Assembly: GCA_038087875.1 (NCBI GenBank)
Contig: CM075996.1
Coordinates: 8,496,001-8,560,000, forward strand
Direction: 5' to 3'
From: Malacoraja senta
Lineage: Eukaryota
Length of the DNA stretch: 64,000 bases
Shown: positions 49,638 to 61,480 of the stretch, piece after piece
How the letters are laid out: every line of letters begins with the position of its first letter
Position numbering within the stretch: position 1 is the stretch's first letter
Translations under genes and position numbers: made by a program
The notes under the pieces: generated by a model
What the model was told of the DNA's origin: nothing
What the model saw: only the letters and a program-made list of their open reading frames with translations
Databases searched by the model: none

Positions 49638-49839
49638 GTGAGGAACCACAGGCAATGAATGTCTCCTGCTGCACAAACAGCCGCCTCTCGCTGCTGGGTC
49701 ACACTCACTCCCCTCTCTCCACTGGCCACAGCTACCTCGTCAGCTCACGTTCTCCACTTGGTTTCCTCAGTTAGCCACTTTCCCATTGGGATTTGTGAAT
49801 GAAAGATACTTTATTGTCATATGTGACACGTCACAGTGA

Positions 49840-50345
49840 TAGACAATAGACAATAGGTGCAGGAGTAGGCCATTCGGCCCTTCGAGCCAGCACCGCCATT
49901 CATTGTGATCATGGCTGATCATCCCAATCAGTACCCCGTTCCTGCCTTCTCCCCATATCCCCTGACTCCACTATCTTTGAGCCCTATCTAGCTCTCTCTT
50001 GAAAGTATCCAGAGAACAGGCCTTCATAGCCTTCTGAGGCAGTGAATTCCACAGACTCACAACTCTCTGTGAAAAAAAGGGTTTCCTCATCTCCATTCTA
50101 AATGGCTTACCCCTTATTCTTAAACTGTGACCCCTGGTTCTGAAATCCCCCAACATCGGGAACATGTTTCCTGCCTCGAGCGTGTCCAAATGCTAAACAA
50201 TCATATATGTTTCAATAAGATACCCTCTAATCCTTCTAAACTCCAGAGTGTGCAAGCCCAACTGCTCCATTGTCTCAGCATATGACAGTCCCGCCATCCC
50301 TGGAATTAACCTTGTAAACCTACGCTGCACTCCCTCAATAGTAAA
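49840..50345 (-). mobile_element. CR1 LINE 3' end
   Basis: IEGVQRRFTRLIPGM...RTRGHSLRIRG. Confidence 0.85.
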
Positions 50346-51989
50346 TGTTATGGGTGGAAATGTCAAACATGAGAGGGCATGGCTTTGAGGGGAGAGGGAC
50401 AAAGTTTAAAGGAGATGTTTGGGGCATGTTTTTACACAGAAGATGGTGGGTGCGTGGAACACACTGCCGTGGGCGGTGATGGGAGGCAAATATCATAGTG
50501 TCCTAATACTGTACAATAACAGACTAGTACCGACCAGTGCTGAACTCCAGTATTACACAGATTTCAATAAGATACCCTCTCATCCTTCTATACCTAAGGT
50601 GATATACCTAAGGTATGCAAAGAGTGGCCACAGAAAGAGCGCTAACATAGTATTCCATGTTACCCAAACCATTTTTAACACATTCCATTTGTGGTTCCCC
50701 TTAGTTCTCGGCGGTTCCCCACTCCGGGTCCTCCTTTGTTCCACCCGTCCACTCATGACCTGGAATTCCCAGAAGAGGGCAGGAACACTCCGGTTCCCAA
50801 ACCTATCCTGCTATATCCGAATGTCTATTGAGCCTCGGTTCTCAGTTCACTCTTTCCTACCTCAATACTAAAGGTGTAGTAGGAAGGAACTGCAGATGCT
50901 GGTTTAAACCGAATATAGACACAAAAAGCTGGAGTGACTCAGCGGGACAGGCAGCATCTCTGGGGAGAAGGAATGGGTGACGTTTCGGGTCGAGACCCTT
51001 CTTCAGAGAGAAATTCAGCATGGTTCCACTAACATGGTGCCCTTCGGCCCACCGAGTCCGCGCCAACCAGCGATCACCCCTTGCACACTAGGGACCATTT
51101 ACAATTTTACCCAAGCCAATTAACCTACAAACCTGTACGTCTTTGGAGTGTGGGAGGAAACTGGAGCACTCGGAGAAAACCCACCCGGTCACAGGGAGAA
51201 CGTACAAACTCTGCCCAGGCAGCACCCATGGTCAGGATTGAATCCACGACTCTGGCGCTGCGAGGTAGCAACTCTGCCGCTGCGCCACCATGCCACCATA
51301 GAACACATCCTATCGTGATGCATCACAGCTTGGCTTGGCTTGGCTACTCTTGTGGCCCAGGATCACAAGTAATTGCAAAGTTATGGATGTAGTCCAGTCC
51401 ATCACGCAGACCCAGCCCCCCTGCCTCTCACCCCTTTCCAGCGACTCCATCTACATGTCATGCTGCCAACATAATCAAGGACCACTCACACCGTGGTCAT
51501 TCCCTCTTTTCTGCCATTGGGCAGACGACACAACAGCATGAAGGTACCTGCCACCAGATTCAGGAACAGCTTCTCCCCGGCTGTGATCAGATTACTGAAC
51601 AGATATGAGAGGAATGCCAGGAATGAATTCTTCCAACCTACCTCATTACGACCCTTGAACTTTTTTAATTTTAATTTTCTCTGTAGCTGTAACGCTATAT
51701 TCAGCACTTTGTTTATTTACCCATATATAGTACGATCTGCCTGGATAGAATGCAAAACCTTCACTGTATCACACATGGCAATATGGTGGTACTTTTATTA
51801 ATAAATCAATACTAAACCAATATTATTTTGCCATAATAAACCAATACCAATTTTTTGCAAAGTGGTTGGAGTCCAATTAAGAGAGAGTTGCTGAAATTGT
51901 CCAAGGCTGCACCCCTGGACTCTGCTGCTGTTTTGGTCTCAGCGCCCAAGGAGAGAGATGCTCTGCTCTGTCCCTGCACTGCTGCTCCT

Positions 51990-52965
51990 AAACCACTTCC
52001 GCTCCTGATCCACTCCCACCTGACCCACTCTCACTCCTGATCCACTGATCCACTTCTGCTCTCATCCACCCTAGCACTTGATCCACTCCAGGTCTGATCC
52101 ACTCTCACTCTTGATCCACACCAGCTCCTGATCCACCTGAACTTTCGCTCCCGATCCACTCCAGCTCCTTATTCACACTTGCTCCTGATCCACTCCAGCT
52201 CCTGATCCACTCCAGCTCCTGATCTACCTGAACTTTCACTCCTGATTCACTCCAGCTCCTGATCCACTCCAGCTCCTGATCCACTCCAGCTCCTGATCCA
52301 CCTGAACTTTTGCTCCTGATCCACGTCTGCTCCTGATCCACTCTGGCTCCTGATCCACTCCTGTTCCTGATCCACTCCAGCTCCTGATCCACTCCACTCC
52401 TGATCTACCTGAACTTTCGCTCCTGATCCACTCCTGCTCCTAATCCACTCCGGCTCAGATCCCCCAAACTCCGCCTGTACTCCAGCTCCGCTCCGCCTGC
52501 ACTCCAGCTCCGCTCCGCCTGCACTCCAGCCCCGCTCCGCCAGTACTCCAGCTCCGCTCCGCCCGCACTCCAGCTCCGCTCCGCCCGCACTCCAGCTCCG
52601 CTCCGCCCGCACTCCAGCTCCGCTCCGCCAGTACTCCAGCTCCGCTCCGCCCGCACTCCAGCTCTGCTCCGCCAGTACTCCAGCTCCGCTCCGCCAGTAC
52701 TCCAGCTCCGCTCCGCCAGTACTCCAGCTCCGCTCCGCCCGCACTCCAGCTCCGCTCCGCCAGTACTCCAGCTCCGCCCCGCCAGTACTCCAGCTCCGCT
52801 CCGCCAGTACTCCAGCTCCGCTCCGCCCGCACTCCAGCTCCGCTCCGCCAGTACTCCAGCTCCGCTCCGCCCGCACTCCAGCTCCGCTCCGCCCGCACTC
52901 CAGCTCCGCTCCGCCTGTACTACAGCTCCGCTCCGCCTGTACTCCAGCTCCGCTCCGCCCGTACT
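51990..52965. repeat. Compound C-rich minisatellite: 17-mer CACTCCAGCTCCTGATC (to ~52460), then 22-mer ACTCCAGCTCCGCTCCGCC(CGC/AGT/TGC), about 22 copies
   Basis: Direct inspection; accounts for the repetitive minus-strand ORFs. Confidence 0.95.
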
Positions 52966-53023
52966 CCGGTGCTGCTCCAGCTGACCATGCCGAGCGGCCA
53001 CTGACCTGCGTCTCTGCGGGCAG

Positions 53024-53152
53024 GTTTTCGACAACACTCCGGCTGCTCTGGACGGGACACTGGCCGCGGGCGACGAGATCGTCGGAGTGACGGGGAAATC
53101 GGTGAAGGGAAAGACCAAAGTGGAGGTGGCCAAGATGATTCAGACTGTGAAG
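53024..53152 (+). CDS. PICK1: PICK1 PDZ exon (VFDNTPAALDGTLAAGDEIVGVTGKSVKGKTKVEVAKMIQTVK)
   Basis: 129 nt, AG/GT. Confidence 0.96.
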
Positions 53153-53410
53153 GTGAGGAGGGGGGGGGGGGGGGCAGTGTGGATCGCAGGCCAGGGCTGG
53201 GGGTCATGCGTGGGCGGGGTGTTGGCAATGGGAGTGGGTTGCCCGACATGCTGGGGGAGCGCGAGGAGGCTTGGGAGGGAGGTCAGTAAAGCCCGCTGGT
53301 GTGGCAGAGTGGAGGCTGTACTGAACAGGGTGGGTGAGGGGAGTACGAGGGGGTGGCTGAGGCTGAGTGGATGGAAGCAGATCCGGTATGAATATAATCA
53401 CATGAATTTA

Positions 53411-53720
53411 GGGCGGCACGGTGGCGCAGCGGTAGAGTTGCTGCCTTACAGCGCCAGAGACCCGGGCTCGATCCTGACTACGGGTGCTGTCTGTACGGAG
53501 TTTGGAACTTGTCCCTATGTGTTTTCTCCGGGTGCTCCGGTTTCCTCCCACACTCCAAAGACGTACAGACTTGTCGGCTAATTGGCTTTGGTATAATTGT
53601 AAATTGTCCCCAGTGTGCGGGGATCGTTGGTTGGCGTGGACTCGGTGGGCCCAAGCTCCTGTTTCCTCGCTGTGGACTCGGTGGGCCCAAGCTCCTGTTT
53701 CCTCGCTGTGTCTCTAAAAT
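53411..53720 (+). mobile_element. Near full-length V-SINE with a ~39-bp internal tandem duplication
   Basis: tRNA-like head; GTGGACTCGGTGGGCCCAAGCTCCTGTTTCCTCGCTGTG twice. Confidence 0.85.
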
Positions 53721-54524
53721 AAACACATCAATGAGCAGGGCAGTGCTCTCCATAACAGACCATAATGGAAAGCGTGGAACTGCATACAACCTGTTCCATA
53801 AAGGTTGAGGTTAGAACTTTTTTTTCCACAGGGTGGAAATGTCACTGGTCACTGGGGCTTTATTATCACGTGCTTAGTGTAATTCTGTTTTTACACCCAG
53901 TCCAGTAAAGTGTTGCCAAGCCGAAGCACAATCCCCGATTGGCAAAGTCTACAGATATAGTCCACTGGGACAGCATGCAAGAGGCGTCATGTTCTGGCTC
54001 CATTTTCCAAGTCCAGTCCGCGTTCTAGTCGTTACGAGCGGTGCCCGATCCAGGCGAGCCCCAGGCTGCTGCACGGCCTCCAGCCGTCGCCTTCCTTGGG
54101 CATGTGGGTCGACCCAGTGAACCGACGTCCCACTCCTCACCCGTCCACCTTCGTGCCCCGGGGGGGGTGGGATCCTCCCGCAGCCCGCCGTGAGGGGGAG
54201 GGGCGGTGGGCCATTCCCTGGTTCCCTCTCCTCTCCCACCGGCCCCGCTCCTCACGTCCGGCATCACCGCCTCCCCCCTGTTGTTGGGGGGACCGGCAGG
54301 GGCCGGACAATTTTTACATTTACCAAGCCAGTTAACCTACAAACCGGTACGTCTTTGGAGTGTGGGAGGGAACCAAAGATCTCGGAGAAAACCCACGCAG
54401 GTCACGGGGAGAACGTACAAACTCCATACAGAAAATGCATGTGACCGTGTGGGTATTTTCCGGGTGCTCCAGTTTCCTCCTGCACTCCAAAGACGTACGT
54501 TTGCAGGACTGCCCACTTCCCTGT

Positions 54525-54662
54525 CATCAGTCTGAAGAAGGGTCTCGACCCGAAACGTCACCCATTCCATCTCACCAGGGATGCTGCCTGACCCGCTGAG
54601 TTACTCCAGCATTTTGTATCTACCTTTGATTGAAACCAGCATCTGCAGTTCTTTCCTACACG
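54525..54662 (+). mobile_element. Penelope-derived terminal repeat with intact minimal hammerhead motif (representative of ~30 fragments)
   Basis: CTGAAGA-A-GGGT-CTCG-ACCC-GAAA-CGTC at 54532-54559. Confidence 0.7.
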
Positions 54663-54801
54663 TCAATGGAAGGGAGATTGGTTCGTGGGATGGTCTGGGC
54701 TGTGTCCACAATTCCTTGCAGTTCTCTACTGTGCATTCCAATACCATTTTTGTAAATGTCATCTATTTAAAATTTTCATCTATTCTTTTAATGTCCGAAA
54801 G

Positions 54802-54868
54802 GGAGAAGTTACGATTCATTACAATAAACTCCAGGCTGATCCGAAGCAAGGCAAAACCTTAGACATTG
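54802..54868 (+). CDS. PICK1: PICK1 exon (GEVTIHYNKLQADPKQGKTLDI)
   Basis: 67 nt; AAG acceptor, donor GTAAGT. Confidence 0.95.
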
Positions 54869-56391
54869 GTAAGTGGTGATATCTGTTCAGAGTGCCAATA
54901 TAAACGTCCCTGTATTCCCTGCCCACCCTCTCCACCCTGGCATCGTCTGCCACCCATACCCTTCCTGCTGTGTTCACCCTACCCCTAACCTCACGGAGGG
55001 AGCTGCACCACGTATTATGACGGTGGCATGTTGTGGTTTAGAGCCCCCACTGGTCGTGGGGCTCTGGTTTTGAACCACTCTTGCTGTGAAGTTGCCGCAT
55101 TTGCCCATTAAACTCCTTGGCAGAAAGTTTGGGCTTCATCTGTTCGTGTAATGATATTTTTACTGTGTAGTGTGTATCCGGACCTAAAACGTCACCTATC
55201 CCTGTCCTCCACAGATGCTGATTGACCCGCTGAGTTACTCCAGCACTTTGTGTTCTCCGCTCTATACCTTCAACACCGTCTATTCTATCTGGCTCAGAAA
55301 TAGAACTATTTAAACTCTGCCATCGCATAATTGTGGGGGAATAATTTATCGTTACAGATGATTCATATTTTACATGTTTTTGACTTTTTTACCCATGATT
55401 CCACTTTCTGTAGTCCAGTGTTGCTTTCCCTCGCCATTGCTCGCTCCGAGTTAGAATTTGACAGCTTCCTTCTCCATCCGTCCTCGGTGTTTGAGATCCC
55501 TGGTGTTCACTCGGCTGCTGAGCACTTTTATCCTGGCGGTGTCGCTGCCTGTTTCTGGCAAGCTGCGGCAAAACCGTTTTATGAGTTAGAGTTTAGTTTA
55601 TTGTCACGTCTACCGAGGTACAGTGAAAAGCCTCTGTTGCGTGCTAACCAGCCGGCGGTAAGACAATTCGTGATTACAATCCAGCCGTCCACAGCGTACA
55701 GATACATGATAAAGGGAATAATGTGAATAATGTTTGGTGCAGGATAAAGTCAGTACAGTCCGATCAAAGATTGTCCATGGGTCTCCAATGAGGTAGATGA
55801 GAGGTCAGGACCGCTCTCTAGTTGGTGATACTACGATGGTTCAGTTGCCAGATAACAGCTGGGATGAAGGTAGACAAAAGTGCTGGAGAAACTCAGCAGG
55901 TGCAGCAACATCTATGGAGCGAAGGAAATAGGCAACGTTTCGGGCCGAAACCCTTCTTCAGACTCTGGGATGAAACTGTCCCTGAATCTGGAGGTGTGCG
56001 TTTTCACATTTCTGTACCTCTTTCCTGATGGGAGAGGGGAGAAGACGGAGTGAGACTTGTCGTTGATTATGCTGGTGGCCTTGTCAAAGCAGCGTGTAGT
56101 GTAGATGGAGTCGATGGAAAGGTTTACATCATCTGCCCATTCCATTCACATCCTGAAGCATCGTCTATCAATGTGCTCCAGAGATGCTTCCCGACCCGCT
56201 GACTCCCTCCAGCACTTTGTTCTTGTTCTGCTCAAGACCTGCAGTCTCCTGTGTCTCCTCGCTCCAGTTAATGGTGGCCGGTTGCTGCCGGCAGTCGGCG
56301 GATCCCTCATCGGACAACTCAGTTCCACTCGAGGAAGTCGGGGAGGTGGCGTGATATGTTCGACGCTGACGGGCTGCTTTGTGTTTTGCAG

Positions 56392-56481
56392 TTTTGAAGA
56401 AGGTTAAACATCGGCTGGTGGAGAACATGAGTTCGGGCACGGCGGATGCTCTGGGTCTGAGCCGGGCCATTCTGTGCAACG
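56392..56481 (+). CDS. PICK1: PICK1 exon (VLKKVKHRLVENMSSGTADALGLSRAILCN)
   Basis: 90 nt, essentially the vertebrate PICK1 linker. Confidence 0.97.
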
Positions 56482-58109
56482 GTGAGTGAGGCGGAGTGTG
56501 GGTGGGGGGGGGGGGGGTGCTCAGGGAAACAGCCAGTGGTGTAAGAAGCAACTGCAGATGCTGGGTTATACAAAAGATAGACATAAAACACTGGAGTAAC
56601 ACAGCGGGTCAGGCAGCATCTCTGAAGAGAAGGAATAGGTGACATTTTGGGACCAAAACGTCGCCCATTTCCTTCTTCCCAAGAGGCTGTCTGACCCGCT
56701 GTGTTTAATTTAGAGATGCAGTGCGGAAACTGGCCCTTCAGCCCCGTAATCGGGATCGAACCCAGGTCTCTGGTGCTGTAAGGCAACAACTCTACCACTG
56801 TGCCACCGTGTCGCTCCAGCATTTTGTGCCAATGATGGAATCTAGGTCACAAAGTGACAGGGGCACATTAGAGATAGGAGTAGGCCATTCGTCCCTTCTC
56901 ATGCCTGCTTCTCCATTCAAAAAGACCATGATGATCCTTTACCCTTGTGCCAGTTTCCTGTATCCACCCAGTGTCCCTTAATACAGGTGGTACTGCAGTA
57001 ACAGTTGGATTCCTAAAAAAAACCTATTAAAGAACAATCATGTTTTAAAGTCCATTGTGAAAATGGGGGAAGGATTAGGGGGTGGAGTGTTTCATACTGG
57101 CAATAACAAAGTTATTGTTCCCACAGAATATTAAAAAATAAAGGTCCTTTCAATGGCAATAAGTTGATTTTTGTTACTGCAAGCTAAAAATACTAAGGGC
57201 TGTATGTTACATTGTTTAATAGAGCATCATTGTACGAGTGTCAATAGAAGTAATCGCTTGTCAATTCCCATGGCCTTTCACGGTGAAACTGACATTAAGA
57301 GACAATGGTGTCTGGGTACAGCAGACAGGTTGCACGGAAACAGTTTTTTCCCCCCTATACTGTTTAAATCTGGGACAGCTTTTTTTCTGCTTGTCAATTT
57401 CCAGAGTAACTTTTAAGTTGTCCTCTGGTTCCCGATCAAAATCGCATTATAACCAATTTGGCCCGCATAATAGAAATAGTGTTCCCTAATTCCCCACGCG
57501 TGATATCCAACTTGTTTTCTGGGAGTGAGCCCAAGGAGAGGGTAGACTGTGGTGGTTGTTGAGGGTTAATCGAGACTCACAGCACAGAAGGGGTACATTC
57601 AGGCCATGTCTGTGCCCATTGACACAACGCTCCGCTGCCTCATCCAACCTTCTAGCCTAAAACCCACGGCCCTACAGAGATGAGGGAGCGAAACTGGGAT
57701 TTAGCCAGGATTAATAAAGGAGTGACAACAAGTTGGAAAAGTTGTAGAGAAGATTTACAAGGATGTTGCCAGGACTCGAAGGTCTGAGCTATAGGGAGAA
57801 GTTGAACAGGCTGAGACTCCATTCCCTGGAGTGTAGTATTTAGTACGGGTGTTAGAGATTATGGGAAGAAGGCAGGAGAATGGGGTGAAGAGGGAAAGAT
57901 AGGTCAGCCATGGTTGAATGGCGGAGTAGACTTGATGGGCCGAATGGCCTAATTCTGCTCCTATCACATATGATCCTATGACTCTTAACAGAGTTTATTA
58001 TGTTTGATTGATGAGACTAAGGGAGTTACACCGGAACTCGATTCAGGGTTAATTGGGGAGTGGAGGATTATTCATGGTTAACGGGAGAGTGACTGTGGGT
58101 TTCATGCAG

Positions 58110-58432
58110 AGCTGGAAGGGCTTGAGGGTCCTGGATGGGGTTGAGGGTCCTGGATGGGGTTGAATGCCCTGGAAGGGGTTGAAGGCCCTGGAAGGGGTTG
58201 AAGGCCCTGGATGGGGTTGAAGGCCCTGGAAGGGGTTGAAGGCCCTGGAAGGGGTTGAAGGCCCTGGATGGGGTTGATGGCCCTGGAAGGGGTTGAAGGC
58301 CCTGGAAGGGGTTGAAGGCCCTGGATGGGGTTGATGGCCCTGGAAGGGATTGAAGGCCCTGGATGGGGTTGAGGGCCCTGGAAGGGGTTGAGAGTCCTGG
58401 ATGGGGATGAGGGTCCTGGATGGGGTTGAGGG
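58110..58432. repeat. 20-bp G-rich minisatellite GAAGGCCCTGGA(A/T)GGGGTT, about 16 copies
   Basis: Direct inspection. Confidence 0.95.
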
Positions 58433-58497
58433 CGTGGGCTATTCCAGTTTAAGTGGGAAAGTTAAACCAGACAACTCCTGAATGCCCTTTCTTCCAG

Positions 58498-58551
58498 ACG
58501 GACTGGTGAAGAAACTGGAGGAGCTGGAGAGGACGGCGGAGCTGTACAAAG
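58498..58551 (+). CDS. PICK1: PICK1 BAR/AH exon (DGLVKKLEELERTAELYK)
   Basis: 54 nt, AG/GT. Confidence 0.95.
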
Positions 58552-58774
58552 GTATTTGGGACCGGAGGAGAGGGTGGTGGGGGAGGGTGGGGGAAGGCAG
58601 GCAGCAAGGATCAGGGGTGGGGAGGAGGCTGAGAGGGGGTGAGGGTGCGCCAGGGGACGGGGTGGGGGGATGATGGGGTTGTGTTGCTGGAAGGTTAACG
58701 TGTAAACCATGGTTTTTTTTAACATCAGTTAGAAGGCAGCTGAGTGTGGGTTGTGGATGTGGGCAATGTGAGAG

Positions 58775-59300
58775 CATGGGTGCTGGGAACAGGTGCAGGT
58801 TTGCCTTGGGTGCCGGGAATGTGGGTGCAGGTTTGCCCTGGGTGCCGGGAATGTGGGTGCTGGGAATGTGGGTGCCGGGAATGTGGGTGCAGGTTTGCCC
58901 TGGGTGCCGGGAATGTGGGTGCCGGGAATGTGGGTGCAGGTTTGCCCTGGGTACCGGGAATGTGGGTGCTGGGAATGTGGGTGCAGGTTTGCCCTGGGTG
59001 CCGGGAATGTGGGTGCTGGGAATGTGGGTGCCGGGAATGTGGGTGCAGGTTTGCCCTGGGTGCCGGGAATGTGGGTGCCGGGAATGTGGGTGCTGGGAAT
59101 GTGGGTGCAGGTTTGCCCTGGGTACCGGGAATGTGGGTGCTGGGAATGTGGGTGCAGGTTTGCCCTGGGTGCCGGGAATGTGGGTGCTGGGAATGTGGGT
59201 GCCGGGAATGTGGGTGCAGGTTTGCCCTGGGTGCCGGGAATGTGGGTGCCGGGAATGTGGGTGCAGGTTTGCCCTGGGTACCGGAAATGTGGGTGCTGGC
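58775..59300. repeat. Composite minisatellite of 15-mer GGGTGC(C/T)GGGAATGT and 17-mer GGGTGCAGGTTTGCCCT
   Basis: Direct inspection; accounts for the long repetitive ORFs. Confidence 0.95.
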
Positions 59301-59659
59301 TGTGTGGGGTCAAGGTCTGTGGGTGCCGCAGGAGGGAGTGTTGGGGTGCTCGCGGTGGGGGGCGGGGGTTGTGGTTCGAGAGCCGGGTGTGGTGAAGTGG
59401 AGAGAGATGGTGAGGCATGGGGAGAGAGTGGGGGCACACTGGGTGGGGGAGTGGGGCCCGGTGGGTGCCGGGAGGGAGGGTGAACACTGGGTGTGGGGGA
59501 GTGTGGGGGCTGCTGGCGAGAGCAAGGCATGGACAACTGACTACGCCAGGGCTTTGCCCCTGTGCCAAAGCCTGGCTGTGTCGCTGAGGGAACAAAGATG
59601 GGCCACTGGGGACAACACTGAACACTTTCTATCTTAGTTGGCGCCCTATCCGTGGCGAC

Positions 59660-60285
59660 TCAAGATTTAAGATTCAAGAGAGTTTATTGTCATGTGTCCC
59701 TGATAGGACAATGAAATTCTTGCTTTGCTTCAGCACAACAGAATATAATAGGCATTGACTACAAAACAGATCAGTGTGTCCATATACCATTATATAAATA
59801 TATACACACATGAATAAATAAACTGATAAAGTGCAAATAAACAGATTATGGGCTATTAATGTTCAGAGTTTTGTCCGAGCCGAGTTTAATAGCCTGATGG
59901 CTGTGGGGAAGTAGCTATTCCTGAACCAGAAGTCGTTGCAGTCTTCAGGCTCCTGTACCTTCTACCTGAAGTTAGCGGGGAGATGAATGTGTGGCCAGGA
60001 TGGTGTGGGTCCTTGATGATACTGCCAGCCTTTTTGAGGCAGCGACTGTGATAGATCCCCTCAATGGAAGGGAGGTCAGAGCCGATGATGGACTGGGCAG
60101 TGTTTACTACTTTTTGTAGTCTTTTCCGCTCCAGGGCGCTCAAGTTGCCAAGCCAAGCCACGATGCAACCGGTCAGCATGCTCTCTACTGTGCACCTGTA
60201 GAAGTTAGAGAGAGTCCTCCTTGACAAACCGACTCTCCGTAATCTTCTCAGGAAGTAGAGGCACTGATGCGCTTTCTTAATAATT
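59660..60285 (-). mobile_element. Rex1/Babar-like LINE 3' end
   Basis: FYRCTVESMLTGCI...LQKVVNTAQSII...SGRRYRSLK. Confidence 0.85.
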
Positions 60286-60465
60286 GTGTACGATGGGCAA
60301 AAACAAAGACTTTCACTGTGACGTCACGTGCGATAAAGTATCAATCAATCAGTGGGGAGGAAGAAGGAACGGTTTAAGAGCTGATTGTTCCAGAGCTCAG
60401 GAAGGAAAGACTTCAAGCTCTCTGTTCAACGTGCTAAAATGTTTCCCATTTCCCACGCATGGCAG

Positions 60466-60528
60466 GGATGATGGATCACACAAAGAGGCTGCTGAGAGCG
60501 TTCTTCGAGCTGTCACAGACACACAGAG
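60466..60528 (+). CDS. PICK1: PICK1 BAR exon (GMMDHTKRLLRAFFELSQTHR)
   Basis: 63 nt, AG/GT. Confidence 0.95.
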
Positions 60529-61009
60529 GTAACCCTGCCGCTCGGCGTGTTTATCCGTAGCTTGGTCCACTGTACAGCAGTGCTGCCCACAGACTGGCAG
60601 ACCTATGGGTACCTTCCTCGGGGCTCCGGTTGTTCAGCGGGCATTTACCCTGCCAGCCTGCTCCATGTACCTCCATGTTGTTTACCCTCCCTGGCGTACT
60701 GCCACCCCACGCACTGCCCCAGTGAGATGATACAGTTCAGGGCTATAATGGGAGAGGCTTGTGCCGTGCCTGACACAGGACTTGCACAGCGCAGCACAGG
60801 AATAGGCCCTTCGGCCCACAATGTCTGTGCTGATACCATGACGCCAAGGTAAACTAATCTCCTCTGCCTACACATGATCCATATCCCTCCATTACCTGCA
60901 TTCCCATGTGTCCATCTTTTAATACAACTATCGTATATCTACCTCCACCACCACCATTCCGGGCAGAGTCTTCCAGGCACCCACCACCCTTGGTAAAAAG
61001 ACTTTGCCC

Positions 61010-61480
61010 CCCAAGTCAAGTTTATTCGTCACATACGCATACGAGATGTGTAGTGAAATGAAAAGTGGCAATGCTTGCGGATTGTGCAAAAAGACTACAA
61101 AACAGACTGGAATTACATATTTGTGGGAGAAAAAAAAAGAAGCAGCAATTTAAAAGGACACCACACAACAGTAAAATGGTACAGTAAAGTTAGTCCCTGG
61201 AGAGATAGGAGTTTACAGTCCTAATGGCCTCTGGGAAGAAACTCCTTCTCATCCTCTCCGTTCTCACAGCATGGCAACGGAGGCGTTTGCCTGACCGTAG
61301 CAGCTGGAACAGTCCGTTGCTGGGGTGGAAGGGGTCCCCCATGATCTTGTTGGCTCTGGATCTGCACCTTCTGATGTATAGTTCCTGCAGGGGGACGAGT
61401 GTAGTTCCCATAGTGCGTTCGGCCGAACGCACTACTCTCTGCAGAGCCTTCTTGTCCTGGGCAGAGCAGTTCCCAAACCC
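61010..61480 (-). mobile_element. Rex1/Babar-like LINE 3' end
   Basis: ALQRVVRSAE...LLRSGKRLR...RRSFFPEAIR. Confidence 0.8.

Noticed and set aside
52105..53133. Long repetitive minus-strand ORFs
   Set aside because: Translations of the 17-mer and 22-mer arrays
53411..53490. tRNA-like sequences here and at 28061, 23560, 62080 and elsewhere
   Set aside because: They are SINE heads followed by a V-domain and tail, not tRNA genes
58439..59637. 200-365 aa ORFs on both strands, some with CxxC repeats
   Set aside because: Stop-free minisatellite inside a PICK1 intron
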